Shown here piece by piece: positions 12,161 to 25,140 of a stretch of DNA of 64,000 nucleotides. The notes below the pieces were generated by a model. It ran no database searches, was not told the origin of the DNA, and worked only from the letters and a program-made list of their open reading frames with translations. This DNA is from Somniosus microcephalus (lineage: Eukaryota). Each line of letters begins with the position of its first letter. Positions within the stretch are counted from its first letter, which is position 1. The translations under genes and the position numbers were made by a program. The stretch lies in assembly GCA_052327205.1 (NCBI GenBank), contig CM126206.1, forward strand, positions 300,204,001 to 300,268,000, given 5' to 3'.

Positions 12161-14304
12161 CAAACGTGCCTGTTTTTTTTTCATAATTTACAATCTGCCA
12201 ACAAAATAGTGAGAATGTGTGGCTTTAAAATGTGCACTTGCTGAGAATCCTATTTGATTAACAGGAACAACAAAAGTGCTAATTACAAAACACCTGTAAC
12301 AGTGATCCTTTAATGCTCCTCTAGCAGCTAACAAGCTACTTAACCAGGATAAATGTCTGGAGAATTTTGTAAAGGTGGCCTTAATCAAACCTTCCCTTCA
12401 TTTGAATTTCGGTTTACAGCGTTCAACTAATCAGAACTCTCTACTATTGAGACATGTGGATCCAATATATAAAAAAATCTGGGAAACCTTCTATATTAAT
12501 CTGACCAAGTTAGAGACGATCCATTTCCCCGTACAGCACACAGTCCTTTGTCAACCCTTCACCCAGATTCCACTTATCTGCTCACATGAAATGTTCATCC
12601 CCCGTAATTAAGATTCTTTGATTCATGTCTCAGCACTTGAAACTGCCCTTAGGCAGTTATATTTTTGATAAATGATTCTGCACTATTGATCATCTGTCAT
12701 TTTCTTATTACGCATGGTATCGTATACAGCACATGATAAGCCCATCCTGCAGGCATGCAATGTAAAATGAAATGCAAACTCTAATAACAATCTTATTAGC
12801 AATAAAATGTACTTCACATCTGACTCCTGAGCACAAACCCAAAATAGATGTGACCTACCATTTCAGCAGTACCTCTCCAGTGCAACATCAAATTGTAATT
12901 AAAAATTGATTGGGACAAACTGAATAATCCATGCAGCAATACGCTCTCTTCTAATGATAATGTGCTAGTCCTTAGCTCTTCGCTGTGTCTTAGTTACAGA
13001 GTATAACGCTGAGGGTACTGCTGACCAATCATTCATTTGACTAGCTACTCTGTATCTGTAGAGATGTGTCTAAACCACATACTGTGTATCATACATAGGC
13101 TTTAGAATCCTGGATCAGTGCACATCTAGTTTATCACAAAATGCTACAGTTGGATCAAATTTACCATAAATTGCAGATAAAAATACCTAAATCTAAAATC
13201 TTAGTACCACAGACCATTTAATCATTCATGCAGTAACTCTGGATTACAACAGACATCAACAGGGTAACAGAAAAGGCACAGAAGTGATTAGACTTGTAAA
13301 ATGTGCTGCTGTCTCTAGAGGAACCTTGAAAGTCAATTAACCATGTTTAGTATGCTGAGCAATAACACACAACCCCCTCCCTTCCCTTTCAGCCCTTGAT
13401 AATTACGGAATATATTGTTTGGATAAGGAATTTTGTATAATCAGTATAAATGGCAAGCGGCTTACTACACACAAATTCTACTATGTTGCGAATTGCACTA
13501 GGATTCAGTGTGCATTTACTTGGATTTGACTGCATTACAGGTTAAAGCACTTAAAAAAGCCATATAACACACAAGGTTGCTCAGCAGAAAAAATGTGCAT
13601 TTGCAATGGGGTAGGGAAATCTGAAGACACGCTCTTATTGAGCTGTTTTTGTATACCTCCTGGCAGCCAGTAACCGATTGCGTTAGCAGTAGTTTGTGAG
13701 TAGCCTACCTGTTTGGCTGCAGAAAGACCTATGTAAAGAATACAGCAGGATGATAAAAAAATCCAAGATCTTAACACTCTTCCCAAATAAAACCCAATGA
13801 ACCAAAGTTATTGTACTTGGCTCTTACCAAAAACTCTGTATGCTTGCCACTAACTCTATCTCCCTCCCCAACTACTTGCGTAGACTGCACCAGACAATCC
13901 ACAACCTCATTGTCCTGCTTGACCCAGAGCAACTAACCAACCCTTGTCAACCTATCTGCCAATGCTTTAGCTCCACCAGCTCTTACCTCTTCCGCCCCCC
14001 CCCGTCTCTCCCCAGCCAAAAACACAATGATGCACCCTCGGGGGCCTCTGATTCTGCTGCATTCCTGAATCTTTCTGAGCTTGTACTTCACAAGGCCTGG
14101 CTCACACTGTGCTGCAAAGCTCAATCTCCAATAAGACTTCAGTTCTCAGGGAGCCCGGCTTCTCTGGTCAGACTTGGGCTGAGGAAGATGGCTGGTTGTC
14201 CTGTGCTTGATGTGTCAGCATTGACTGCTCAGCAGGTACAGTCACTTCAAACCCCTTGTCATTTTGCTCTGCTTTGGGTAATGATCAGTCTGAACTGAGA
14301 CAAG

Positions 14305-15099
14305 GGGCTGGATTTTACCAGCCCTTAGGAGGCGGGTCTGGAGGTAGGACTGCTGGGAAAAACCCAAAAAATGGGAGCGGGTCCCAAACCCGCTCCCAAC
14401 CCACCTCCAACCACTCTTCCCGGGAGTCGGGTCCCCGATTTGTGCAGGGTCCCGACTCCTAGAGGCGGGAAGAGGATTACAACCACTTAACTGCCTGTTA
14501 ACAGGTAGTTAACAGGCAGTTAAGAGGCTTTTTCCCATTTTCCACTGCTGCTGCAGGCTTCCCGATGTCGGGGAACCCCGCCAGGGTAAGTGAGGCGTGA
14601 TGTGGATCTACTGTAATTTTTGTGTATATATGACAGCTGCAGAAGTGGTTTAAAGGATTCAATGGGACACTGGTGAGTTGCAGAGGTAAGGTAAAGTTAT
14701 GAAAGTAATGTTTAATGTGTTTAGATGTTTCTGTAGGTGACAAGCTGCGAAGTGTTTGTGTAGGCTCATCTCATCGGGAGAAGAGCCAGATAGCTTCTGC
14801 AATCTCAGCTGCAGCTGCCATCTGTTTTATCCTAAGGAGAGAGTAATTGGAGAGCCTGGGTGCAAGGGCTCACCTTTGGACAGTGATTGTCAGTGTTTGA
14901 CAGCACCTCAATGCTGTCAAACACTGTCAAATTATCTGTCAAACTGACGTCATCTGATACCGATTTTCCCTTAAGTGGGCTTACTAAGGCCAATCAGGGC
15001 AAAATAGCGTCTGTTCGCCAGACGTCGCTGGGGGTGGGACTGGAACCCGAAAACCAGCAGTCCCGCCTCGTGCTCAGCCTTCCAGGTAAGATTCCGCCC
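14305..15099. mobile_element. Non-autonomous PIF/Harbinger-type element
   Basis: TIRs gggctggattttacc / ggtaagattccgccc; TSD AAG; internal homology to 7528-8397. Confidence 0.8.
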
Positions 15100-15503
15100 A
15101 AGGCTTCCATCTGATCCCAAACCCATGCTTCACCTCTCCCCTCCCAGAAGCTGAACTGAAGTGGCAGACACGTGGTGTAGACTGACCGGTGGGCCTACAT
15201 TAAGGATAAACAACCCCAGCCACTGGAATAGCTAAAAACTGAGGAGTGGTTTTTGATATTTCAATCTCACTTTTCAGGAGTCCAAGGTTAAACAACAACC
15301 ACAAAAATGCCTTTATCAATTCACAATCCATGCATGGCTAAACATTATTCAGAATGTACTCCATCTGCCTTCATTTACCACTCCCTTTCCCCGGATTTTG
15401 TCTGTTATAACATCTCTGCAAGATACTGAACACACAGTTAACAAAAATTGCAACAGAACTGTATATATTACTGCATATAAAACATACATGAGAAAAGCAG
15501 TAC

Positions 15504-15584
15504 CTTGATTGGCCAGTCTGTAAATTGACAGATCACTCCTTGTAAATCACTATGACATTTCAGCACTTGTTTATAGAACCAGAT
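15504..15584 (-). other. Candidate 81-nt exon of a leftward gene
   Basis: ttgtctggtcattcag| ... AAG|gtactg; open phase-0 frame IWFYKQVLKCHSDLQGVICQFTDWPIK; not recognised. Confidence 0.3.
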
Positions 15585-16132
15585 CTGAATGACCAGACAA
15601 TGATTACAAAGACTAGGTCAGTTACTTAATTTGATGTTCTCGAGATAAGATTTTTTAAATAACTGCAAGTTTTTTTTAAAACTCTCAACACCCGTGACGC
15701 ACACTTGCAGCATCCGAACGACCGTATCCTGCGGAACAGGTGTACTTGGAGCCCACAGGTAGGAGAGGGGGCGGTGCGCTCAGAGAGCTTAGGGTCTCCA
15801 CCGTGTGATTTCTGCAGAATACACATTCGGATCCTCAACTTCAGCTTCAAGGAAGTACCCAGATATTCACCAAACTTTATGGGTATAGCCTATTCTGTTT
15901 TATTTGATCAGTCAATTGTAAAAGAAAAGCAGTGATTTTATTTAGTCCAATTTGCATTTGTCAGATGGAGAGAAACAAAAAAATCTGATTTTTTTTAAAT
16001 GCAGCAATTTAATTAACAAATCAGACAAGTGAATGAAGCAGTATGAGAACGATACGAGGGTTATGGTGTCGTGGTTTTGTTACTGGATTGGCAATCCAGA
16101 GGTAAAAACACAAAATGCTGGAAACATTCAGC

Positions 16133-16722
16133 GTTCGCTGTTATTACCCCTTTAAAACTTGACTATTCCAACGCACTCCTGGCTGGCCTCCCACGTTCTA
16201 CCCTATGTAAACTTGAGGTTATGCAAGCTCGGCTGCCCATGTCCTAACTCACACCAAGTCCTGTTCACCCATCACCCCTGTGCTCGCTGACCTACATTGG
16301 CTCCCGGTTAAGCAACGCCTCAATTTCAAAATTCTCATCCTTGTTTGCCAATCCCTCCATGGCCTCGCCCCTCTCTATCTCTGTAATCTCCTCCAGCCCC
16401 ACAACCCCCGAGATATCTGCGCTCCTCTAATGCTGACCTGTTGAGCATCCCTGATCATAATCGCTCAACCATTGGTGGCCGTGTCTTCTGTTGCCTAGGC
16501 TCTAAGCTCTGGAATTCCCTGCCTAAACCTCTCCACCTCTCTTTCCTCCTTTAAGACGCTCCTTAAAACCTACCTCTTTAACCAAGCTTTTGGTCATCTG
16601 CCCTGATTTTTCCTTAAGTGGCTCGGGGTCACATTTTTTGTCTTATAATACTCCTGTGAAGAGCCTTGGGACATTTTACTACGTTAAAGGTGCTATATAA
16701 ATACAAGTTGTTGTTGTTGTTG
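16133..16722 (+). mobile_element. L2-clade LINE 3' fragment
   Basis: LDYSNALLAG…LHWLPVKQR coding remnant; (TTG)n tail; matches 44710-45365. Confidence 0.85.
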
Positions 16723-16724
16723 AA

Positions 16725-17406
16725 AATGACCAGCAACTTCAGGATTTAGCGCATGCGCATCGTAACGCAGAAATCCTGAAGTTGCAGGCAGTCATTCACT
16801 GCTCCGACACTGGCTGCATTGTGCCCCCACCCCCCAAGCCGGGAATCAGTGTAATCAGGGAAATCAGTGACACTGATGAAAAGTTGGGCTTTTCTGCGGT
16901 AATAGCGCTGTTAAATACCCCATTAAAAGTTAGATCTTGTTGGATTAGGTGTAACTGGGGCTTTAACAGCGTATTGACTGCTAAACAAATGTTATGACCC
17001 TGAAAAACTAATTTTAATTTTGTGCAGTGTTAATTACCCATTATAGAAAGAAACTTAAAAAAACATCATTTTGTTCATAATTATTTCAGGTTTACCTTTT
17101 CCCCATGTGAGAGCCCCAATCTTTGATTTGCTCTCTATAACATTTTTAAAAAGTCAGAATAAAAGAAGCTTCTTCACTTCCTGGTTCCCTGTCTGTAAGA
17201 ATCCTGCTTTGTGATTGGCTGCTTAGACAGCTTGTTGACATCACTGCAGCTCGCATTATGGAATTCCCACTATACTACACTGATCCCAATTGCACGTTGA
17301 AAAAGCCAAACTTCTCGCCACAGAAATCACAAGATCTTTGTGGGCAGCTTTCTTCGGGGCCACTGGCGAATGCCCTTGCTTCGCCACTAACCACAAATTT
17401 AGGGCC
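16725..17406. mobile_element. Harbinger-type MITE (degraded)
   Basis: Right end ccacaaatttagggcc; internal blocks similar to 18324-19047 in reverse. Confidence 0.55.
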
Positions 17407-18323
17407 AATGTTTCAGGTCGTTGACCCTTCATTAGAACTGGCAATGTTCTGCAGTAACCATTTACACCTCCTCTGGACCCATCTTGTGTTTCTTCACTTG
17501 TCTTGGTATCACCTGATTTTGCATTGCACCATAATTTCTGCTGTTATTTAATCACTCCTGCTCTCCACCCTATCACAGACCTCTCCCCTTTGTTCTTTCC
17601 CTGCCCCCTTGTCCCTGGCTCTGTACTTGCTTAAAAGCTGGTCATCTCTAACATCTTCTAGTTCTGATGAAACGTCATCGATCTGAAACGTTAACTCTGT
17701 TTTTCTCTCTCCACAGATGCTGCCTGACCTGCTGAGTGTTTTCCAGCATTTTCTGTTTTTATTTCAGATTTCCAGCATCCGCAGTATTTTGCTTTTGTTG
17801 CAGTAATACAGAAGCCTGGACTAATAATCCAGAGAACGTGAGTTCAAATCCCACCATGGCATTTGAATTCAGTTTTAAAAATCCAGAAAGGAAAAGCTGG
17901 ATCAGTTAAAGTGACCATGAAGCTGTTAGATTGTCATAAAAACCAGAAATGAACCTGCCGTCTGGCCTGTATGTGACTCCAGTCCCACACTTAGTTGTAC
18001 CAAACTGCAGTGGTTCAACAAGAAGGCCCACCACCACCTCCTCAGGGCAGCAAGTAATGGTAAATAATTGCCTAAGAATTAATATTAGAAAAACTGGCTA
18101 TGAAAGTAAAACTGGGTTGTGTCAAATGCGGGTAGTCATTGTTTTATAAAATCTATGTTAAGGGCGACTGGGAGATAGAAGTAGCTGTTGAGGGTAGCAG
18201 TGAAGTACATCCCAGTTTATTATGAAATATATATGTGTATTATAGAATAGTGTATAATACACTGCATGTATATACTGCATATTTAGTACGTCTTTCATGC
18301 TTATCTGTCCCATTTCTAATTAT

Positions 18324-19047
18324 TGGCCCGGATTGTCCAGGGCCTGTGACCGTAAGTGCCCCTGCAAGTTCTGGGTTTCCGCATGTGCTGCGCATGCATA
18401 GAAACTCAGAACTTGCGATCTGTCAAGTTTCAGCTTGACGGATCCACCGCATCCCTGGGAAATAGACATTCGCTGGTGGAGATTGGGCTATTTACCCAAC
18501 TACTGTCCAGCGAATGCCCATGAAACTCTTACGCCTGGTAAAAGCAGTCATAGGGCCTTCTTTTACCAGCGTAAGAGTTTAAATAAATATTTTAAAAACA
18601 TTTTTTAATTATGTAAACATAAAAAAATGTAAAATTAGTTTAGCCCCTTTAAAACGTTTAAGTTTTTTGAAAAATAAATGTAATTTGTTTTAAATGTTTA
18701 ATTTAATTGTATTTTAATTAATTTTGACCATGTAATGATTTATTTTTATTTTTGTGTGAAATTTGTATTTTTTAGGTGATTCTTATTAAGCTGATGGGGA
18801 TTCTGTATGTAAATGGAATTTCCATAAGCATAATGGGGATCCTCCTTTCTAATAGGTTGGCCTGGCCCACGTGATCCCAGGGGCGCTTGCGAACCGCATG
18901 CACCCAGGGATACGTGGGTCTTTACGCATGCGTACACGTAGAGGCCCACGAGTCTACAAACCTTTGGAGGCAGCAGGTAGGTTCGTAGTTTTCTTGCGGT
19001 TTGGAGGCATTCGCCCGCAGGAAGCCTCCAACCGCAAATTCAGGCCC
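18324..19047. mobile_element. PIF/Harbinger-type MITE
   Basis: Ends ggcccggattg / caaattcaggccc; shares gcccacgtgatcccaggg…gcttgcgaaccgc with 11178-11916. Confidence 0.75.
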
Positions 19048-19069
19048 AATATGTACCTAAAGTGGATGA

Positions 19070-21848
19070 ACATAAGAACATAAGAAATAGGAGCAGGAAT
19101 AGGCCACTTGGCCCCTCGAACCTGCTCCACCATTCAATGAGATCATGGCTGATCTTGGGCTCAAAACCACTTCCCTGCCCGCTCCCCATAACCCTTCACT
19201 CCCTTATCTTGCAAAAATCTGTCTATCTCCACCTTAAATGTATTTAATGACCCAGGCTCTCTGGGGTAGAGAATTCCACAGATTTACGACCCTCTGAGAG
19301 AATAAATTCCTCCTCACCTCAGTTCTAAAAGGGCAACCCTTTATTCTGAAACTATGCCCCCGAGTTCTAGATTTTCCCATGAGGGGAAACATCCTCTCTC
19401 TATCTACCTTGTCGAGCCCCCTCAGTATCTTATATGTTTCAATAAGATCACCTCTCATTCTTCTAAATTCCAATGAGTATAGGCCCAACCTGCTCAACCT
19501 TTCTTCATAAGTCAACCCCCTCATCTCAGGAATCAACTGAGTGAATCATCTCTGAACTGCCTCCAATGCAAGTATATCCTTCCTTAAATAAGGAGACCAA
19601 AACTGTACGCAGTACTCAAGGTGTGATCTCACCAATACCCTGTACAGTTGTAGCAGGACTTCCCTGCTTTTATACTCCAACCCCCTTGCAATAAAGGCCA
19701 ACATTCCATTTGCCTTTTTGACTACTTGCTGTACCTGCATGTGTTTCATGTACAAGGACCCCTGGGTCCCTCTGAACTGTAGCATTTTGTAATCTCCATT
19801 TAAATAATAATTTGCTTTTTTATTTTTCCTGCCAAAGTGGATAACCTCACACGTTCCCATATTATACTCCATCTGCCAAATGTTTGCCCACTCACTTAGC
19901 ATGTCTATATCCCTTTGCAGATTTTTTGAGTCCTCTTCACAACTTGCTTTCCCACCCACCTTTGTATCATCCGCAAACTTGGCTACATTACACTTGGTCC
20001 CTTCATCCAACTCATTAAAGTAGATTGTAAATAGTTGAGGCCCCAGCACCGATCCCTGTGGCACCCCACTAGTTACTGTTTGCCAACTGGAAAATGACCC
20101 ATTTATCCCGACTCTCTGCTTTCTGTTAGTTAGCCAATTCTCTATCCATGCTAATATATTACCGTCAACTCCGTGAGCTCTTATCTTATGCAGTAACCTT
20201 TTATGTGGTACCTTATCGAATGCCTTCTGGAAATCTAAATACACCACATCCACTGGCTCACCTTTGTCCACCCTGCTTGTTACATCCTCAAAGAACTCCA
20301 GCAAATTTGTTAAACATGATTTCCCTTTCATAAAATCATGCTGACTCTGCTTGACTGCATTATGATTTTCCAAATGCCCTGCCACTGCTTCCTTAATGAA
20401 GGACTCCAGCATTTTCCCAATGACAGATGTTAGGCTAACTGGTCTATAGTTTCCTGCTTTCTGTCTCCCTCCTTTCTTAAATAGGGGTGTTACATTTGCG
20501 GTTTTCCAGTCTGGTGGGACCTCTCCAGAGTCCAGGGAATTTTGGTATATTGCAACCAATGCATCCACTATCTCTGCAGCCACTTCTTTTAAGATCTTGG
20601 GATGCAGGCCATCTGGTCCAGGGGACTTGTCGTCTTTTAGTCCCATTATTTTACCAAGTACTTTTTCCTTAGTGATAGTGATTGTCCTTAGTTCCCCCCT
20701 CCCTGTGGCCTCTTGATTATCCATTATTGGGATGTTGTTAGTGTCTTCTACCGTGAAGACAGATACAAAATATTTGTTCAGAGTCTCTGCTATTTCCCCG
20801 TTCCCCATTATTAATTCCCCAGTCTCATTCTCTAAGGGACCAATGTTTACTTTAGCTGCCCTCTTTTTATATACCTGTAGAAGCTCTTACTATCTGTTTT
20901 AATATTTCTTGTCAGTTTACTCTCATAATTCATCTTCTCTCTCTTTATTAATTTTTAGTCATTCTTTGCTGGTTTTTAAAAATTTCCCAATCCTCTGGCC
21001 TTCCACCAATCTTGGCAACATTGTATGCCTTCGTTTTCAATTTGATACCATCCTTTACTTCCTTAGTTAGCCACGGATGGTGCTCCCTTCTCTTAAAATC
21101 TTTCTTTCTCACTGGAATATATTTTTGTTGAGAGTTATGAAATATATCCTTAAATGTCCACCACTGCATTTCAACTGTCTTACCCTTCAATTTATTTTTC
21201 CAGTCCACTTTATCCAGTTCTGCCCTCATGCCATTGTAATTGCCTTTGTTTAAGATCAGGACACAGGTTTGAGATACAACTTTCTCACCCTCCAACCGAA
21301 TTTGAATTTCAACCATGCTATGATCACTCTTTCCTAGAGGATCCTTTACTATGAGATAATTTATTAATCCTGTCTCATTACACAGTACGAGATCCAAGAT
21401 AGCCTGCTCCCTGGTTGGTTCCATTACATACTGTTCTAGGAAACCATCTCGGATACATTCTATGAACTCCTCCTCCAGGCTACCATGGCCAATTTGATTT
21501 GTCCAATCAATATGGAGATTAAAATCACCCATGATTATTACTGTACCTTTTTTACAGACCTCCATTATTTGTTGATTTATACTCTGTCCAACAGTATTGC
21601 TACTGTTCGGGGGCCTGTAGACTACGCCCACCAGAGACATTACCCCCTTACTATTTTTTATCTCCACCCAAATCGATTCTACATCTTGATCTTCTGAGCC
21701 AATATCACTTCTCACCATTGCACTGATCCCATCCTTTACCAACAAAGCCACCCCAGCTCCCTTTCCTTTCTGTCTATCCTTCCGAATTGTCAAATACCCT
21801 GGAATATTCAGTTTCCAGCCCTGGTCACCTTGCAACCATGTCTCTGGT
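19070..21848 (-). mobile_element. CR1 LINE, ORF2 nearly complete (APE + RT) with frameshifts
   Basis: ORFs 20948-21892 (ETWL, YRPP, GDFN, SDH), 19546-20808 (QGSVLGP, FADD), 19234-19536; tail at ~19070. Confidence 0.95.
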
Positions 21849-22359
21849 GAGACCCACCACAGATCATTTATGTAACTGCAGTGCACGAGCAATGCATCCT
21901 TTTGCTATAAGTACAGCATGCTACATCCACAGATTATTTATTTCTGGAAATGTAGAATGTGAAAGGGCACAAATTAATTTCTTCATTTGCCTATCTGCAG
22001 TGAGTGAGGACACCACTTTTTTTATTTATGCACTCAATTTTATCTATTTTTAACTTTTAGCCATGAACAAAGGCACAGAGATCCACTGGGTCACTAGTTT
22101 TATAAATCAGGACTAAAGTAATGCTGATAAACTACCAGTGCCTGAAAATTATGCTTGACGCTACTGAAGAGTGCTTTAAATGGCTGTACCAAAATCATCT
22201 GTGTGCCATTTTAACAGATGCTTTACCCTTTTATTTTAAGTGATGGTACAATTATATTGCACACCATAATTTCCAGGCTCATAGGCTTGTGCCGCTACGA
22301 GTAACAAAAATGTGAACATTTCAACATTACGGTGGAGGCTATGTTTAAGGCATACTTTC

Positions 22360-22722
22360 AACAACAACAACTTGCATTTATATAGCACCTTTAATGTAGT
22401 AAAACGTCCCAAGGCGCTTTACAGGAGCGTTATCAAACAAAATTGGACACCGAGCCACATAAGGAGATATTAGGGCAAGCTTGGTCAAAGAGATAGGTTT
22501 TAAGGAGCGTCTTAAAGGAGGAAAGAGAGGTGGAGATATTTAGGGAGAGAATTCCCGAGCTTAGGGCTTTGGCAGTTGAAGGCATGGCTGCCAATGGTGG
22601 AGCGATTAAATCGAAGATGTGCAAGCGGACAGATTTGGAGGAGTGCAGATATCTCGGAGGGTTGTAGGGCTGAAGGAGGTTGCAGATATAAGGAGGAGCG
22701 AGACCATGGAGGGATTTCAAAA
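22360..22722 (-). mobile_element. L2-clade LINE 3' fragment
   Basis: (CAA)n tail; KSLHGLAPPY…FKTLLKTYLF in ORF 22433-22744. Confidence 0.85.
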
Positions 22723-22899
22723 CTAGATTCCCATATTCCTCCACAAGGTTCCCATATTTGGCATCTTTGAGCCCTGATGAAAGAAAGAAAAAAAGACTTG
22801 TATTTATCTATCTATCTATCTATATATATAAAAGGATACATCTGTCTGTCTGTCTGTCTGTCCTTCGGTGTGTGTCTGTCCGGCTATACACTCGAAAGT

Positions 22900-23830
22900 T
22901 ATAGAGCGTACCTACACGTGCGTTACATCAAAAGAAAGCTTACGATTCCGGAACAGTTGTAAGCGTATTTACGTTTCGGCCAGACAAAAATTGCGCCCGC
23001 GGTATCCAAAAAACGTTCAAAATTCCGCTCATTAGCATCTCATTATCTGCTCATTAGCAATAGAGTGACGTCGAGGTCGACCAATCGTACGGTGGGTTCC
23101 TGGCGCGTGCGGGCGGGCCCTCCTACAGTCGAGTGACGGGACGATTGACCAATCCTACGCTTCGGTGACCTGACGGTCCACCAATCGGTGCGTGTGTGGG
23201 CGGGTCTTATCGTTTTGAACCGAGGTGAGTCGCCGCCATCTTGATTCCAAACTTTTCATTTCTTTTTCCCGCTTTCTGCATGTTTCTTTTCAAATCTACA
23301 TTTCCAGCAAAACAAAAGTTGCTTTTAAAAGACAAATTGTTTTTAAAAAAAGTTAATTAATTTGTAAATCTTTTGTCTAACCTCTATAATTTTCCTACCT
23401 TTCACCGTTTTTCCAGGCCTCAAAGCCTGGGCGTCTGTTGACCAGCCACGCCCGAGCTAGGCACCTCCCGTCGCGATCGACAAAAGGCCAGCGATCGCCG
23501 CCATCTTTGTGAAGGCTGGAGGGGGCGGGCCTGAGCCGAGCGTCGCCACCGCCGCCATCTTAGTAAAGGCGGGCGGGAGTCAGCGTCCGCGTCATCTTCC
23601 GCCCGGAGCGCAACTTGAGCCCGGCCGGGCCTCACGCGGTAGGTTGCGCGGCGGCGTCTCTCTGGTCTTGAAGCCGGCTCGGGCGGGGAGCGGGGCTCCG
23701 GAGAGTGGGAGGGCGGGGCTCCAGAGAGCGGGAGGGCGGGGCTCCGGAGAGCGGGAGGCCGGTGCTCGGGAGGGCGGGTTTCGGGCTGAGCCATGTCAGT
23801 GCGTGGGGCGGCACGGAGCTCCACGGAGCC
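22900..23830. promoter_or_regulatory. CpG-island promoter, probably bidirectional
   Basis: Non-repetitive and CpG-rich; CCAAT at 23081, 23149, 23181; GC boxes; TGACGTC at 23066; ETS palindrome ttccggaa ~22946; YY1 CGCCATCTT at 23234, 23499, 23553; plus donors GAG|GTGAGT (23224/5) and GCG|GTAGGT (23638/9); minus donor ATC|GTAAGC (22944/3). Confidence 0.8.
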
Positions 23831-23844
23831 ATCGGGTCTGCTAG

Positions 23845-24552
23845 CTCCCCCCCTCCCTTTCTCCCCCCACACCCCCCCTCCCCTCCCCTCTTCCTCTCCC
23901 CCCCTTCCCCCCTCCCCTCTCCCCCCTCTCCACCCCTCTCCCCCCCACCCCTCCCCCACCCCCCCTCCAGTCGCTCTCTTCCCACCAGTCGCTCTCTCTC
24001 TTCCCCCAGTCGCTCTCTCTCTTCCCCCCCAGTCGCTCGCTCTCTCTCTCTTCCCCCCCAGTCGCTCGCTCTCTCTCTCTCTTCCCCCCCAGTCGCTCGC
24101 TCTCTCTCCCCCCCAGTCGCTCGCTCTCTCTCCCCCCCCAGTCGCTCGCTCTCTCTCCCCCCCAGTCGCTCGCTCTCTCTCCCCCCCAGTCGCTCGCTCT
24201 CTCTCCCCCCCAGTCGCTCGCTCTCTCTCCCCCCCAGTCGCTCGCTCTCTCTCTCTCCCCCCCCAGTCGCTCGCGCTCTCTCTCCCCCCAGTCGCTCGCT
24301 CTCTCTCTCCCCCCCAGTCGCTCGCTCTCTCTCTCCCCCCCAGTCGCTCGCTCTCTCTCCCCCCCCAGTCGCTCTCTCTCCCCCCCAGTCGCTCTCTCTC
24401 TCTCTCTCTCCCCCCCAGTCGCTCGCGCTCGCTCTCTCTCTCTCGCCCCCCAGTCGCTCGCTCTCTCTCTCGTCCCCCTAGTCACTCGCTCTCTCTTCCC
24501 CCCAGTCGCTCACTCTCTCTCTCTCTCCCCCCCCCCAGTCGCTCTCTCTCTT
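23845..24552. repeat. Polypyrimidine tract plus ~21-30-bp minisatellite (CCCCCAGTCGCTCGCTCTCTCT)n
   Basis: More than 20 variable units directly visible; source of the spurious low-complexity ORFs 23705-24653. Confidence 0.95.
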
Positions 24553-24699
24553 CCAACAACAACATTCCCTCAAAAATCCCCTCGGCACCGCCGGGCACTT
24601 CAGCTAGTATGTGTATAAACGGTTCAAAATCTTTTGGCAACTTACTTTTTTAAGCAAATCTTCTAATACTTTAAGTTTGATTTAATTTTTTTGTAAATA

Positions 24700-25140
24700 A
24701 AGAACAAACTTGCATTTATATAGCGCCTTTCATGACCTCAGGATCTCCTAAAGCGCTTTACAGCCAATGAACTACTTTTTGAAGTATAGTCACTGCTGTA
24801 ATGTAGGAAATGTGACAGCCAATTTGTGCACAGCAAACTCCCACAAACAGCAATGAAATGAATGACTATATCATTTGTTTTAGGTGTTGGACGAGGGATA
24901 ACTGTTGGCTTGCACACTGCGAGAACTCCCCTGTTCTTCAAATACAAGGCACACATGAGAGGGCACATGGGGGCCTCAGTTCAATGTCTCATCCAAAACA
25001 CGGCATCTCCGACAGTGAAGTGCTCCCTCAATACTGTACTCAGTGTCAACCTTGATTATGTGCTCAAGCCTCTGGAGTGGGACTTGAACCCACAACCTGA
25101 CTCAGAGGCAAGAGTGCTACCACTAAGCCAAGGCTGACAC
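24700..25140 (-). mobile_element. Near full-length tRNA-headed Deu-domain SINE (SacSINE1-like)
   Basis: Minus strand: A box tggcttagtgg, B box ggttcaagtcc, Deu-like core gagggagcacttcactgtcggagatgccgtgttttggatgagac, tail gcgctatataaatgcaag. Confidence 0.8.

Larger units (their letters stand above)
16104..17800. mobile_element. Penelope-like inverted-terminal-repeat element, interrupted by L2 and a MITE
   Basis: Left arm aaatgctggaaacattcagc (16112) resumes at 17407 tttcaggtcgttgacccttcattagaact; right arm 17640-17800 with hammerhead motif 17660-17696. Confidence 0.7.
16057..18085 (+). mobile_element. tRNA-type SINE split by a nested stack (head ~16057-16103, body ~17800-18085)
   Basis: A-box-like tggtgtcgtgg, B-box gagttcaaatcc at ~17840; 3' tail resembles the LINE end at 31865-32145. 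Confidence 0.55.

Noticed and set aside
13535-13786. ORF with a signal-peptide-like start and a possible micro-exon (cag|gtaggc near 13709)
   Set aside because: Starts at TTG, no partner exons or recognisable homology.
22980-23220. Resemblance to an H2A/H2B divergent histone promoter (octamer-like, CCAAT, CRE)
   Set aside because: No histone ORF or 3' stem-loop on either side, and splice donors are present.
23965-24552. Repeat array as a possible CRISPR
   Set aside because: No unique spacers, variable unit length, eukaryotic context.
23420-24653. Long overlapping ORFs (up to 286 aa) on both strands
   Set aside because: They are translations of the CpG island and C/T minisatellite; low complexity and open in many frames.
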